Shown piece after piece: positions 14,160 to 26,494 of a stretch of DNA of 64,000 nucleotides. Both the position numbers and the translations under genes were made by a program. The DNA comes from Adineta vaga (taxonomy: Eukaryota; Animalia; Rotifera): the NCBI GenBank assembly GCA_021613535.1, contig CP075495.1, positions 4,092,001-4,156,000 of the forward strand, read 5' to 3'. Positions within the stretch are counted from its first letter, which is position 1. Every line of letters starts with the position of its first letter. The notes beneath the pieces were generated by a model. It did not search any database and was not told the DNA's origin. It worked only from the letters and a program-made list of their open reading frames with translations.

Positions 14160-15134
14160 ATGAAGGTTGCTTTGTTCATAAGTTTCTTCTTAGTTAGTGT
14201 ATTGATTATTATCATCTATCAAATTACTTCCTTTCGTGCAATAATCTTACCAAAAATTCTGTCAAAATCGAATGTATTCATACGAAAACTTCGTCGATGT
14301 TCTAATCAAATTCCCAATAAACAAATAACTTTCGAACGTCGATTATTTTGTAAACATAAAACAGAGAAGATGTGTTATTCAACAAATAAAAGTTTAGTTG
14401 TTACTTTTTGGCAAGAAAGTTCGAAAGATAAATGGATATCACAAAATATCCTCACAGCCTTTCCATTACACTCATTTGAACATATCATTTTTATTCATGA
14501 TAATTCAGCTTGGCACACACATCCGGGATATAAACATTTCATGTGGATTCATATTGATGGTCAACATCGATTTTGGTATCTTAAACGTTTTATTTTACCA
14601 AATAGTATCGAATCATATCAATATTTATGGATTATTGATGATGATGCTCGATTAGAATTTCAACCATTAAATTATCAATGTGTCGTAAACAAATTACAGA
14701 TTGAATTATCAGCTCCGGGTCGACTATCTGGTGCATTGAGTCATACCTTTACCAAAACAGATATTCGGTATATCAACAAAACTGGCCGATGGACGGATTT
14801 CATTGAAACAGGACCTGTTGTCATGGCATCATCATTAGCTTGGCGATGTATTCATACATTTATAGATGCATCAGCAGTAACAGGATGGGGTATTGATTTA
14901 ATATGGTGTAGTTTGATCAGTGAACATTGTATACCTAAAACGAAACCTCGAGAAGTATGTGCTATTTTAGATGCATTTGGTGTACATCATCAATCGACTA
15001 TGATACAATCGGGTACTGATGGACATGAAGAAATATCAATTTATAGGAAAACTTATGGGAAATGGTTTGCAAAAAAACGGAATATTGGTCCACTTACAGA
15101 AGACAATAGATTATTTCGTTCTTGTAGTAGTTAA
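14160..15134 (+). CDS. Intronless DUF707-like type II membrane protein (putative glycosyltransferase)
   Basis: N-terminal TM anchor; YQYLWIIDDD, IELSAP, DFIETGPV, AWRC and GWGIDL resemble DUF707 motifs recalled from memory (YxFxWDED, LEISQP, FVE..APV, AWRC, GWGLD). Confidence 0.72.
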   Translation: MKVALFISFFLVSVLIIIIYQITSFRAIILPKILSKSNVFIRKLRRCSNQIPNKQITFERRLFCKHKTEKMCYSTNKSLVVTFWQESSKDKWISQNILTAFPLHSFEHIIFIHDNSAWHTHPGYKHFMWIHIDGQHRFWYLKRFILPNSIESYQYLWIIDDDARLEFQPLNYQCVVNKLQIELSAPGRLSGALSHTFTKTDIRYINKTGRWTDFIETGPVVMASSLAWRCIHTFIDASAVTGWGIDLIWCSLISEHCIPKTKPREVCAILDAFGVHHQSTMIQSGTDGHEEISIYRKTYGKWFAKKRNIGPLTEDNRLFRSCSS

Positions 15135-15381
15135 ATTTGAATTATTTTGATAGGATAAAAACATTCTTTCTTTGAAATAATTGCAATACTTTTTCTTTGT
15201 ATAAGTATATTCTTCGTGCACAAATCTCATGTCATTATTTATTGAAAATTATACTCTAATGTTCATATATTCTCATAATCGATAATATCTTCAAAATAAA
15301 CTTCAGTCTGTAAACAATGCCGTTAAATCATATTTTGATTCAATATATTTTATATATTCTCAAAAAAAAAATGATCCTTAT

Positions 15382-17968
15382 TTACAATAAAATACAAGCT
15401 TGTGATTTAGTATCATTAGTCATGCTTTGATTTTTTTTCATCGTTGGTACCGTTTCTTCTTGCGGTAGTTTTTGTCGTTTCGATTCCGGTCTTGATTTCA
15501 TTGATGATTGAGTATAAGCTGTACCGTCTGGTGATAAATGTCGTTTGAAAATACTCTTTAATTCATTATCATCTTCTAAATCATTAATCATACCAATAAT
15601 ATCAAAACATTCTAATTCTTCGGCACGTGTTCGAAATGAAACACATCGAGAATTGGTATTATTAATCGATTTGGTTATATACATTCGACCAGTTAATGGT
15701 AAACCTAAATCAATTAAACATTGTATTGATGTAATCGAATGATGCTCCAATGCAACAAATATCAATGGAATATATCGTTGTCCTTGTATCCAATCATTTA
15801 AATACGAATTTGGACTGAAATTTTCCAAATAAAATCCCATTGTATTCATATCATTATTGATTGATTTCAGATGATTAATTGAATTTTCTTCGATAGATTT
15901 CTTTAATGAATAATAAAAGGCTATTTTAAGATAATCACTAATTCCCGATATTTCTTTTTCGAGTTCATTTTTTGGAAAACCTTGCGCATGAAATTCTTCA
16001 CAACATAGATTCGAATTTGTTTGATAATCAATCGGAAATAAATTTAAACAATCAAATGTCTAAAGAAAGAAAGAAAATATCATTGTTCATGAAATTAGAA
16101 AATAAAACAAATACTTTTTTCGCATTGACTTGTTGAAGTATATTTTTCATATTTTCATCATTCATTATACATGCATAATGTAATGGTGTTCGATTCAAAT
16201 TATCTTTTGAATTAATAACTTCAGGATACGATTCACAAATAAAACTAAATTGAATTGTTTCTATAAATTAAATCTATTTCAAGAAATGAATTTCTTCTAC
16301 CTGAGAATTTGTCGACGTCGATAGAGAACAGATAAATGTATACAAGTTCGTCCTGACCAATCTTTTGCCAAATGAATATTTGATCTTGTTTTTAGAATAC
16401 TTTGAACTTGTCCTAAATCATCATTGACTATACCTTGAACTAAATCATACATCAATGCTGGTAAACCTTGTCGTAATTTTAATGAACGTAATAGATCACT
16501 AACAAATTTTGTCAATTGTATATTATCATCTCGAAAAAATAATAATAAATGATAACCGAATCCATTCAATACAAAACGTTCCATAATTAAATTATTTTTC
16601 ATTTGATTAATTAATGTCTTTTGAATAATTTCATAGAAAACACGAAATTTATTATAGGTTAATGTTGATGTTAATTCAATTTCATCAACAATAGTTCGTC
16701 CTTGTTCATTTCTTTGTGTTAATAATAATGGTTGATTGTAGAGAATATCTTGAAACATATTTACGTATTGTACATTTTCATTTTGATCATAGAGATGAAT
16801 AAGATGAAATAGAAATGTTTCACCTTTGGATGATTTCATATTGAAATTTGCATTTGTTAAAATTTGTTTTCGTATATTATCAGAGATAGATTTATCAAAC
16901 ATATGAAAGAAAAATGGTAGACCATCTGTACAACTAATATTGACATCAATTTTTGAATTGAAAATTAATTCAAATGATTCTGAAGATTTCGTATCTAAAC
17001 AAAATTCTAAAAGAGATTTTGAATATGTTCGATTTGTTGTTCGTGCCCATGTAAATGTATGTATGGAATCAGATATATTTAATTTTATGAATTGACCTTC
17101 ATATTGATGGATAAGTGCTGCTCGATCCCAATCACATGCAAGAATTGAATGAATAAATTCAATTGTTACTTGATAATCAGCTAACATACGAATTATTTGA
17201 GCACAATTTATATCACGAGCTGTATCTAATAGACTTTTGCCATTTGTATGTTTACAATCGATCTTAATTAAACCTAAACATGAAATATAATTAGAAGATT
17301 GGAATAAAAGAAGAATATTTAATGCAACGAAAATTGTAATATACTAGATGACCTATGTGATTCTTTACCTTTGATTAGTCGTTCAGTTTCTGGAACATTA
17401 CTCGTTGCAATTGCTGCCCATATTCCATCGCCATATCCATCATATAAAGCATTTAATTGTGGATTATCATCAAGATAAGCATCAACTGTTTTTCCTTCTT
17501 TATTTACAATACGTTGATCAACACCGATACGAAATAAAGCCTAACGAAATATCTTCAAAACATATTATCTTCCTCAATTGTATAAGTCTTACCTGAATAA
17601 GATCAAACCCCATATCTAAATATCCACGAATTAAAGCTTCATGTAAAGGTGTATTGCCTTTTTCATTAGTAACATTTGGATTAGCACCAGCATTACTCAA
17701 TGCGTAGATCATTCGATATGCGACACTAAAATTCATCTTTATACTAGTTTAAAGACAATGCATGGTCTACTTACTTCTCTTGTTCATTGAAATGTCGACA
17801 GATAATATGTAAATATGAACCTTCGATTGGATGAAACAATGTCGCTAATTCCGGTTGTTTATGAAGAATTGAATTTAATTCTCGCAAAACTTCAGCGGAA
17901 TAACTCGTTTTATTCGTCAATAAGTGATAAAGTTCATTATCATAAAAAGACTCGTCTTTTTTTGACAT
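15382..17968 (-). CDS. Multi-exon ankyrin-repeat protein with C-terminal CaaX box (CILL)
   Basis: GANPNVTNEKGNTPLHEA, GETFLFHL, GRTCIHLS and NRTPLHYA ankyrin motifs across spliced exons; ends ACILL-stop. Confidence 0.82.
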
Positions 17969-18636
17969 GATGAAGAAAGCAAATGACACTCCAAATGTGA
18001 TGATTGTTTCAATCAAATATGATTTTAACTATTCAAACGACAAATATTTGTTATTTGAGAAAATATATATGTGCTCAAAGAGAATGTTTTTTTTGCGTGA
18101 AGAGCTGTCAGGAAAAGAAATGAGAAAAAAAGTTCATTTCCCAATATTTTTCTCTTTTTTTTTCTTCTGAAGTTAAGACAAAAGAAAATGTTTATTTTGT
18201 TCTCGTGTTAAGTGTGAAAAAAAACTTTTCTTTTTTGAATAATATATTTACGTCAGTAAGTTTTTAGGCGTATGAATAGGAAATTATATTTTAATAAGTT
18301 TTTCAGATCATACAGTTGATGAAAATTGTTTTAGTTCTTTATATCAAATGAAAAGTAAAGAAAAGTGTACTTTCAATGAAGAACTCAATAGAACTAAACA
18401 TCATCGTGAAATGTATCTACATAACATGTTTTTAGTTTCTAATCAAAAATGCTTTTGAAGAAAAGAAAAGTCTTTTAACATAAATATACTTTCCAGCATA
18501 ACTATTATATTATTCAAAACACAAAATGAAAATATCTTTCAACGTTTGTTTTCAAGAACTTTAAGTGCAGAAATAATTTCCTTAAGTATCATAGATCATT
18601 CTCAATTTGATTCATTTATTTATGAAAAAAGAAAAT

Positions 18637-19496
18637 TTACAAATCATTCTTTCCTGTATCTCCTTTGGATTGAATTGTTTCATCCGGTAGTGTATAAACT
18701 TCTTGAAGACATGATGAATCACGATTTTTTAATACACGATCTTCACAAATAAATTTTTCTAATGAGATTTCATTTCGCACTTTCTTATCGAAATACCATT
18801 GTTCAATACTCTCTTCTTGTTCTTCAAGCATTTCTTCACACTACATACAAACAAATTATTTTTTTATGAATAAAAAAGCAAACTTCTAACGTACATATTT
18901 CTTTAGTTGAGTTATTTCAGCCGATGGTGCATCCCACATATTATCGGGAACATCGAGAACAACTTTAACTCCTTTATTTCTAAAATATATGTCATATACA
19001 AAGGAGAAAATCTTAAAAAATAGAATATCTACCGTAGATTCCATAATGTATCCATAGTTTGTGAACGACCACGAGCATATCGTAATGATCCTGGACGTTC
19101 AGCATGAACATTATAACGAAGAAATCGTTCACATACATTTTCAAGTGTTTCAATTAAACGTGTTTCTCTAGAAATACAAAAGAAAACTTCTACAGAAAGA
19201 AAACCATTCAATCTGATACTTACGAATCACTATATTTGGTTTTCTTTGGTTGTTTAGCATCAAGTGAATAACTCGTTTCAATAACACTAGGACTATTATA
19301 TTCTTGGAAGGTTTCAGTTAATTCTTGAGCGAGTAGTTTACATACTAAATAGACAATTTTCGATGAATAAAAAAAATATTCGTTTCCATAGAAACACTTC
19401 ATCAATACCTTCACATTTCGTTGGTAAACGAGTAGGATCATCAGTAAAACTTATTGTAAATACACAAAAATGAATGAATAGAAAATATAGAAACAT
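18637..19496 (-). CDS. CNPY4: Canopy 3/4-like (saposin-like) ER chaperone
   Basis: Signal peptide MFLYFLFIHFCVFTISF; LPTKCE|VCKLLAQEL, ETRLIETLENVC, YNVHAERPGSLRYARGRSQTMDTL; C-terminal KNDL ER-retention-like signal. CNPY3 versus CNPY4 not resolved. Confidence 0.85.
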
Positions 19497-19592
19497 TGAT
19501 TTTATCTAAAACAAAATCGGTATTTATTTTTTCTTTGAAATTAGTAGAAAAAGACACAGAACATGTCTATCATAAATCAATCAGTTTTTTTC

Positions 19593-20033
19593 TCAATGAA
19601 GTTTTGAATGTACGATTGGTTTAGTATATTGATATGCCCACCAAATTAAAACAAATTGCAATGGAAGACGAGCTAAACCAAGATACTTTTGTTGAGGATT
19701 TTTCGACCAAAAATCTTGCGCCATTTGAATATTAGCTGGATCTAAAAACAATCGATAAACAAATATTTTTTCTGTAAATCAACGCATTTTCTATTGAAAC
19801 TTACAAACAGCAATAAGTAATGCAATAGTAAGCCAAGCACCTAGTACACGTGTTTGTTTGAAGAGTAACATTAAACCACAAATAACTTCCACTAATCCTG
19901 ATAAATAAATAAGTTCAAGATGATAAGGTAAATAACGTGGCATTATTGGAAGATAGTAGTTTGGTTTAATGAAATGAACAATACCAGCAATGATATATAT
20001 CAACGCCATTAAATTCATAAAGAATTTAGACAT
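19593..20033 (-). CDS. Bacterial-type DoxX-family membrane protein with one intron (19742-19804)
   Basis: AGIVHFIKPNYYLPIMPRYLP...LIYLSGLVEVICG...LLIAV|YPANIQMA...RLPLQFVLIWWA matches the bacterial DoxX-like consensus; the GT-AG intron restores the frame. Confidence 0.85.
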
Positions 20034-20750
20034 TTTGATCGATTTTAGAAACAAATCTAAAGGATTTCTAAAAAATAATATACATTTTTAAACTATGCAC
20101 TTCAATCTTTCACTCAAATTCGCAAGATATAATATTTAACTATCATTAGCGTAGACTAAACGATAACAAAGATATGAAAGTACTTCTGTTGTTGGCTTTT
20201 ACATCTTGCAATAGTAAATAACTTCTTATCAGATTGCTTTTTTTCTTCTATCAATATCAAATAGAGTGTAATCAACAGAAGGAATACTGAAAAAATTATG
20301 TCATCGAGTTTCCATTTAGATAAATTTTTTTAAAATAGTTTTCGCTTAAAACCTTTACAGATATCATTCCTATAACGTAACAACTACTGTTTTTGCCAAT
20401 AAAAATATCAAACATACCTACCATCAAGTACATATATCGTCCATAATCAAATACTCTTTCACATCATATAAAATCTTCATTTGATCTTCATTAAACTATC
20501 GTTGATATACTTTTTCTTGAATATTATTTATTAAAATCAACACTAACTCCGTTCGTTTATCATCATCTAAATGACATTATTATTGAAGAGTTTTTTGTTT
20601 GTGTTTATGAAATCACAAATTAACAGAAAAAGAAGAAGAAAGAAGACCACAACCAATTTATTTTTCTATACATATACATCAAGAATACAGAACTTTCCTG
20701 TATATATTTCTATCTAACTACATTTATATATATATTCGTTCATTTTTCTT

Positions 20751-23217
20751 TTATAATGAATATTTGTCAATATCTTGAATTTCGAATTTAATAATTGATT
20801 TCAATAAAAAATCACTTGTCACATATTTGATATTTAATACGTTACTTTGAAGATATTTTTCTTTGATTTTAGGTAGATTTTTTTCATTTGTATCACATAA
20901 AACAATTAACATATCAATGATTTGATCATGATCATAAACAAGTGCACCAGTTAATTCAATTAATTCAACTAATTCATTTCGATTAATTGAACCTTGACAT
21001 TGACGACATTCAATAGCGAATGCATATTTTGATGTAAACAAATATTGATTGTTATTTTGAAAATTTTGTACAGATAAACGTAATGTTGTATGAGAATCGC
21101 TTAGAATTTCATAAGGATGTTCATCAAGAAATTGATTTGCTTGAAGACAATCACGTATCCATCGTGCAGATATAATAAATATACGACGACGAACAGCGGC
21201 TTGAACAATTTTTTTTGTTATTGTACAATGTAACGATTTTTCACTATCATCGACAAGTAAATGCGTGGTCGAATCATTAACAACTAGATTTGTTGATAGT
21301 TGAATTTGAGAATATTGACGAAGAAATGCAATGATATTATTCTACAAGAATAATCGTTTAGATGATGAAAATAGTTTTGATATTAATTTACCCATTGATC
21401 ATCGACAAGTGTAGTTGTAGAGAGAACAATCTGAAAGATAGATTTGCAGATCAAATGTAAATACTAAAACTGAATAAGAAGAGAAATATTACTTGATTCG
21501 CTGGAATTGAGGAAAAATTTAATGGTTTGGCTATTGAACTCTGAGGTTCATGTTTACGTCGTTTTGTCGATGGTTCAGTTAGCGGTTGGCGTGATGGAGT
21601 ATCTGTATTATTATGCTAATAAGAAATACATCGATATAAGAAATATAATCATTGAAAAATAACAAAATTTACATTGACATCCGTTTTTTCCAAACCATTT
21701 TCATCTAGAAAATAAATAATAGTTAGTATTTGAATTGTCATATTGAATATTGTTTCTACCTTTCTCTTGATTCAAACTAACATTTGCTGCTATGAATTCA
21801 GAAATACTTTCAACTTTTTTACTTTCAAATTCACGTTGATGTCTAGAAAAATACCGTATTTTTCAAATGAATACATATGAAAATAGATGTACCGTCTACA
21901 AAATGTTTCTGCTTGTCGATGAACTCGACTGTTACATGTAGGAATTGAACAGAGAAATCGAACTCGACCTGATGCATCCCGAAACGATCGTTTTGTTCCG
22001 GTACGTTCTGGAACCTAATGACAAACGAAAAATAGGTACGTTTTCAAGTAAAATCAAAATACTTCATCCCTATAGTCTTACTTTTTCAGGTGATTCATAT
22101 TCTTCCGAATGATTTCCATTCGTACCATTTTGAATGGTCGATGTTGTGATTGTATTATTTAAAATTGTTGGACTTTCTTCAGTTTGATTAGATGAAACCG
22201 GAGCAGAATAACGTTTCTTCTTTTTACGATCTTTTTCTTCCCTAGTACTATTACTATTACTATCACCATTACCATTTTCACTGCTTATTGTATGTCTAAA
22301 AGAAGTTCGAAGATCTTTGAACAATTTAATAATTGTTTGTATTCAATTTGACTAATTACGTTCGACAGAAAACATCAGTTTGACGTTTAAGCATATTCGT
22401 ACAAGTTGGATTTGTACATAGATGCCGACGACGACCTGAACTATCACGGAAACTTCGTACACCAGTTACTTCATCAACTTCAATTTGACGATTTGCCTAG
22501 AAGATTCCATGATTCAATACTCTCTGTCGTCATAAAAGGTAGTTAACTTACTTTTGTTCTTTGTCTCGGTGAAAGTGATTCTGTTGAATTACCATTTTCA
22601 GTGACATTATTCAAATCATTTTCAGTAATCGAATCTAAACATGATTAATATTTATTTCACTTCAAACCATCATTTCGACATACCATTATTTTCTATTTCA
22701 TGACCGTTCTCCTGTGATTCTGTATTTGGTTCATCTTGTTGTTCCTTGAAAATATTCTTTGAAAACAATCAACGATTTTATCAAATGTCGATTTTTACCT
22801 TCAATGATAGATCTTCTTCCACAATTTCACTATGATCATTCAAAATACTTTCATCAACTAAAAGATAAATTTTCATTTAAATGAAATCAATTCAAATGAA
22901 TTTTCTCAGTACCATCATCAAACCTGGTTGAAACATCAGTTTCATTTTCATTGTTATTCTCAATATCAGTACCTTTCGCTTCTGAATGACTGAAAATAGT
23001 GAGAAAGGAAAGGAAATGTTTATCAGTATAAAATCAATTTTCAATCAACTAACGATCGACAAAAAAGATCAGCTTCACGAGCAACACGTGTTTCACAATC
23101 TGGCTTTGAACATAAATAATATCGTCGACCACCTGGTCGTGATGATGATCGAACCAGAAAATATCGTCGACCTGTAGTATTTGACGTAATTATTGATCGT
23201 TTCGCAACTGGTTTCAT
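20751..23217 (-). CDS. Protein with three CX4CX11CX2H fingers and C-terminal tandem BRCT domains
   Basis: Spliced ORF starting MKPVAKR. BRCT1: STTHLLV...TKKIVQA...IISARWIRDCL. BRCT2: ELVELIELTGA...VTSDFLLKSI. Three Cys/His repeats lie upstream. Confidence 0.78.
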
Positions 23218-23328
23218 CTAAAAGAAAAAGAGGAAAAAAGTTTCTTTTTCTTTTTTTTGTAATTTTACAAAGGCACCAAGCTGTGTCATTTTTCAGATCA
23301 TTTCATATGATTTCGATCAATTCAAACT

Positions 23329-23803
23329 ATGAATTGTTCGATAACGACGGATACTTCTAATCAATATTTTCTAACAGGAAATTTTGGTGCATCAATATTT
23401 ATTACAGTTTATATTGGATTGTATGGATTAACTCTTGCCATTTATTTTACATGTCAGTTTGTTAGTGATACTCGACATTATCAAGAATACAAAATTTCGA
23501 ACGAATTTTTCTCAACATTTCATCAAAAAAACGAACAAGAAGAAGTTTATAGTAAGTGAAAAGAAAAAGAAGAGAAAGTTGATGTGACTAACTTTCTATT
23601 TTAGATAAATTAACAAATAAAGATTGGCTAATGAAAATTTATAAGATCTATTATTCAAATCAACCGTTCAAACTCGAACTGATTGAAGAAAAAGCAAATG
23701 ATTGTTCGAAAAAATATCAACAAAAACTAGAAAATCTTCGTTTAAGAAATGCATATTATATTTCAGAAATTTCCACCTCACCGACGCTGACTACTACGGT
23801 ATA
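23329..23803 (+). CDS. Small single-pass membrane protein of unknown function (exons 23329-23551, 23605-23803)
   Basis: Hydrophobic segment GASIFITVYIGLYGLTLAIYF; a canonical short intron extends the ORF to a TAA; AATAAA lies downstream. Confidence 0.6.
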
Positions 23804-24368
23804 ATATACCCTTTTTTTGCGATCTCAATAAAAAATATTCACAAAGACAAATAAGAAACTTTCTTTCAACTTTTTTCATATAAAAAAATATTGACTTTGC
23901 CTTACTTTTAAAAATTCGTATCATTCGAGTACATTACATGATATCCCCAAGTGAATCTATCACGATGAAAATTTACGTTTAGTAATATTGTCGTATGTTT
24001 TCAAATGACTACAACAATTTGTAGAAAAAAAGAAACATTCTGAAGAAAGACAAAAAAAACCAATGAGATGAGATAAAAATTTTTATTTTATTTTATTCTT
24101 CTTTCTCATTGACCAATCGAAAATTCTTTTCCCAAACGTTCATTATATTAAAATAAAGAATTTTTCTAAAAAAAATATCAATTTATTCTGAATTAATTTT
24201 CTCTATGCATAAATAAAATGATTCATTTATCAATTCATAAGAACTATAGATGGCAATAGAGGTCAGTAATGAAAAAGTTCATTCATCTGGAAAAACGAAC
24301 AGTTCATATGATATGAATATTGTTTTATACTGAAAATATTATATTAAAAAAGAAAAACAATAAATATT

Positions 24369-26494
24369 TTAAAATTCAAACTGTTCTTTATTAGTATTAT
24401 TATCGGAAGCATTTAAATCACCATTTCCAAATGAAAATCCATCATTTGAATTCAATGTAGATATATCTTCATTATCCTAAAAAGAAAACTATAGAAATTT
24501 CTGCATGATTATTATTCAATCTTACCGAATCACTCGGAAAAAATTTATCAATAATTTCATAGGATTGTTGATAAATATCTCGATTTTGATGTATTTGTAA
24601 ACTTTCAATTTTATCGAGACCACCACATTCTTCAATTTCCATTGTAAGTGATACAAGATGTTCATCGGGCGTTTGTTTCAGAATATTGTGAAGAGCATCA
24701 AGACAGATTTGTAAGATTTGAACATCTTGTTGTTGTAATATATTGCTATAAGAGAGGAAGAAAGATCAAGAATAGAAAAGACGAATTTGAAATTTTACCA
24801 AAGAGGAGGTATAACATGTTGACTGACAATATAGTGAATTTGTTCTTTTGTACCACTCATTGTTAAATTTGAGATACACCAAACTGCTTCTTTTTGTATT
24901 TGAGTTTCACTCTAAGAAAACATTGGAACGAAAAAAAAAATCAGATAAATCGATTTCTTTTCTTCAAATACGAACATGTTGTAAATGATGAATAACATCA
25001 GGAATCAATTGTGCATCAATTACAGCTTGTACTTGTTCTTTATTGCCTGCAGTTATATTTGATAAAAACCAAACGGCTTCCTAAAAACAATAAATGAAAT
25101 ATTCAATTGAGCATTAAAAATAAAAATCATCTTCAAAGTAAATCTAATTCTTCTACTTACCTTTTTAATCTTCTCTCTTTGATGTTTTAATAATTGCGGA
25201 AAATAAGCAAGTGCACCATGATTGAGAACAAATTGTGTTTGATCATCAGTACCGGTTACAATATTACCAATTCCTCTTAATGCTAAATTTGTTTACCAAA
25301 AAAAAAAGATAATTTTCAATGCTAGAATCAATTCATACCTGCTGTCAAAATCTTGACTTCTGTATGTGATAGTAATTTGATTATTTCTGGTAGTATTCCT
25401 GAATCCAAAACAATCTAAAAACAAATGAATATAATTATGATTTGTTAATTTTATAGTAAATTATTAACTTGAATTATTATATTTCCACAATCGAGAAGAT
25501 ATGCTAATGCCCATGCAGAATCCACAAGAATCTATATTGAAAGAATGATTCAAAGGAAACGAAAATTTTCATTTACATACAGTAATATCAGTGTTTTGAA
25601 TAAGATATTTCAAAGCTGGTAAAAGTTCTTGTACAGCATTTAGAGCTAAGGGTGGATCTTTGTGACGACAAAGATTGACAATAACCCATGTGATATTACG
25701 AAGAAAAGTAGGAGGAATATCTTTTTTAATTAATTCCAGTAATGGTTGTATTATACCTAATTGAATAGCATAATCACGTAATCTTGGACCATCACCTAAA
25801 CAAATATATGTCTATATATATATATATGTATATATGAATTGATTAAAATCAATTTTGATAGTTTTTACCAATAAGATTTCCTAGCGCCCAAACTGCTTGT
25901 TCACGTATATTTGAATGTGGTGATTGTAGAAGACGCATTAAATGTGGAAAAGCATCGGCATTAGCAACTGCTTGTGTTTGGTGTGCGTCACCGGATGCTA
26001 TATTAGTCAATGCCCATGCTGCTTCAAATTGTAAATCTGGATAGTCATCAAATGTTAAATAATGAATAAATAATGGTAGAAAATTCAATTGAATCATTTC
26101 ATCAATAGGTGGATGATGACCAGATGATAGAAGTTTTCGTAATGAACGTACAGCTTCAAAGCGCATTACTGGATCTTCACATTGAGCTTCGATAGCAAGA
26201 TTAGCAAGATCATGTGTTTGATTTGGCTTTTGATCATCATCAGAACCATCTGTCATGCTTTCATCGGTACATAAATTACGTTTTGCTTGTACTTGATCAT
26301 CACGTTGTTTCTGAGAGAAAAATACAGAAATTACTTTCTATTCCTACATGAATATTCGAAATTATAATGAAATATACTTTTCGAAGTGAAATATTTGATT
26401 GATTGCGTCGACGACGAAGTTCATCAAGGTCTTTGCCATGATGTTTATAAGAACTTAAACGTGACTGAGTACTTTTCGATGAAGATGAATCCAT
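24369..26494 (-). CDS. KPNA4: Importin alpha (alpha-3/KPNA3-4 type)
   Basis: IBB domain ELRRRR...LRK; ARM motifs [47 protein letters not shown]; [11 protein letters not shown]; ends FEF. Confidence 0.93.
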
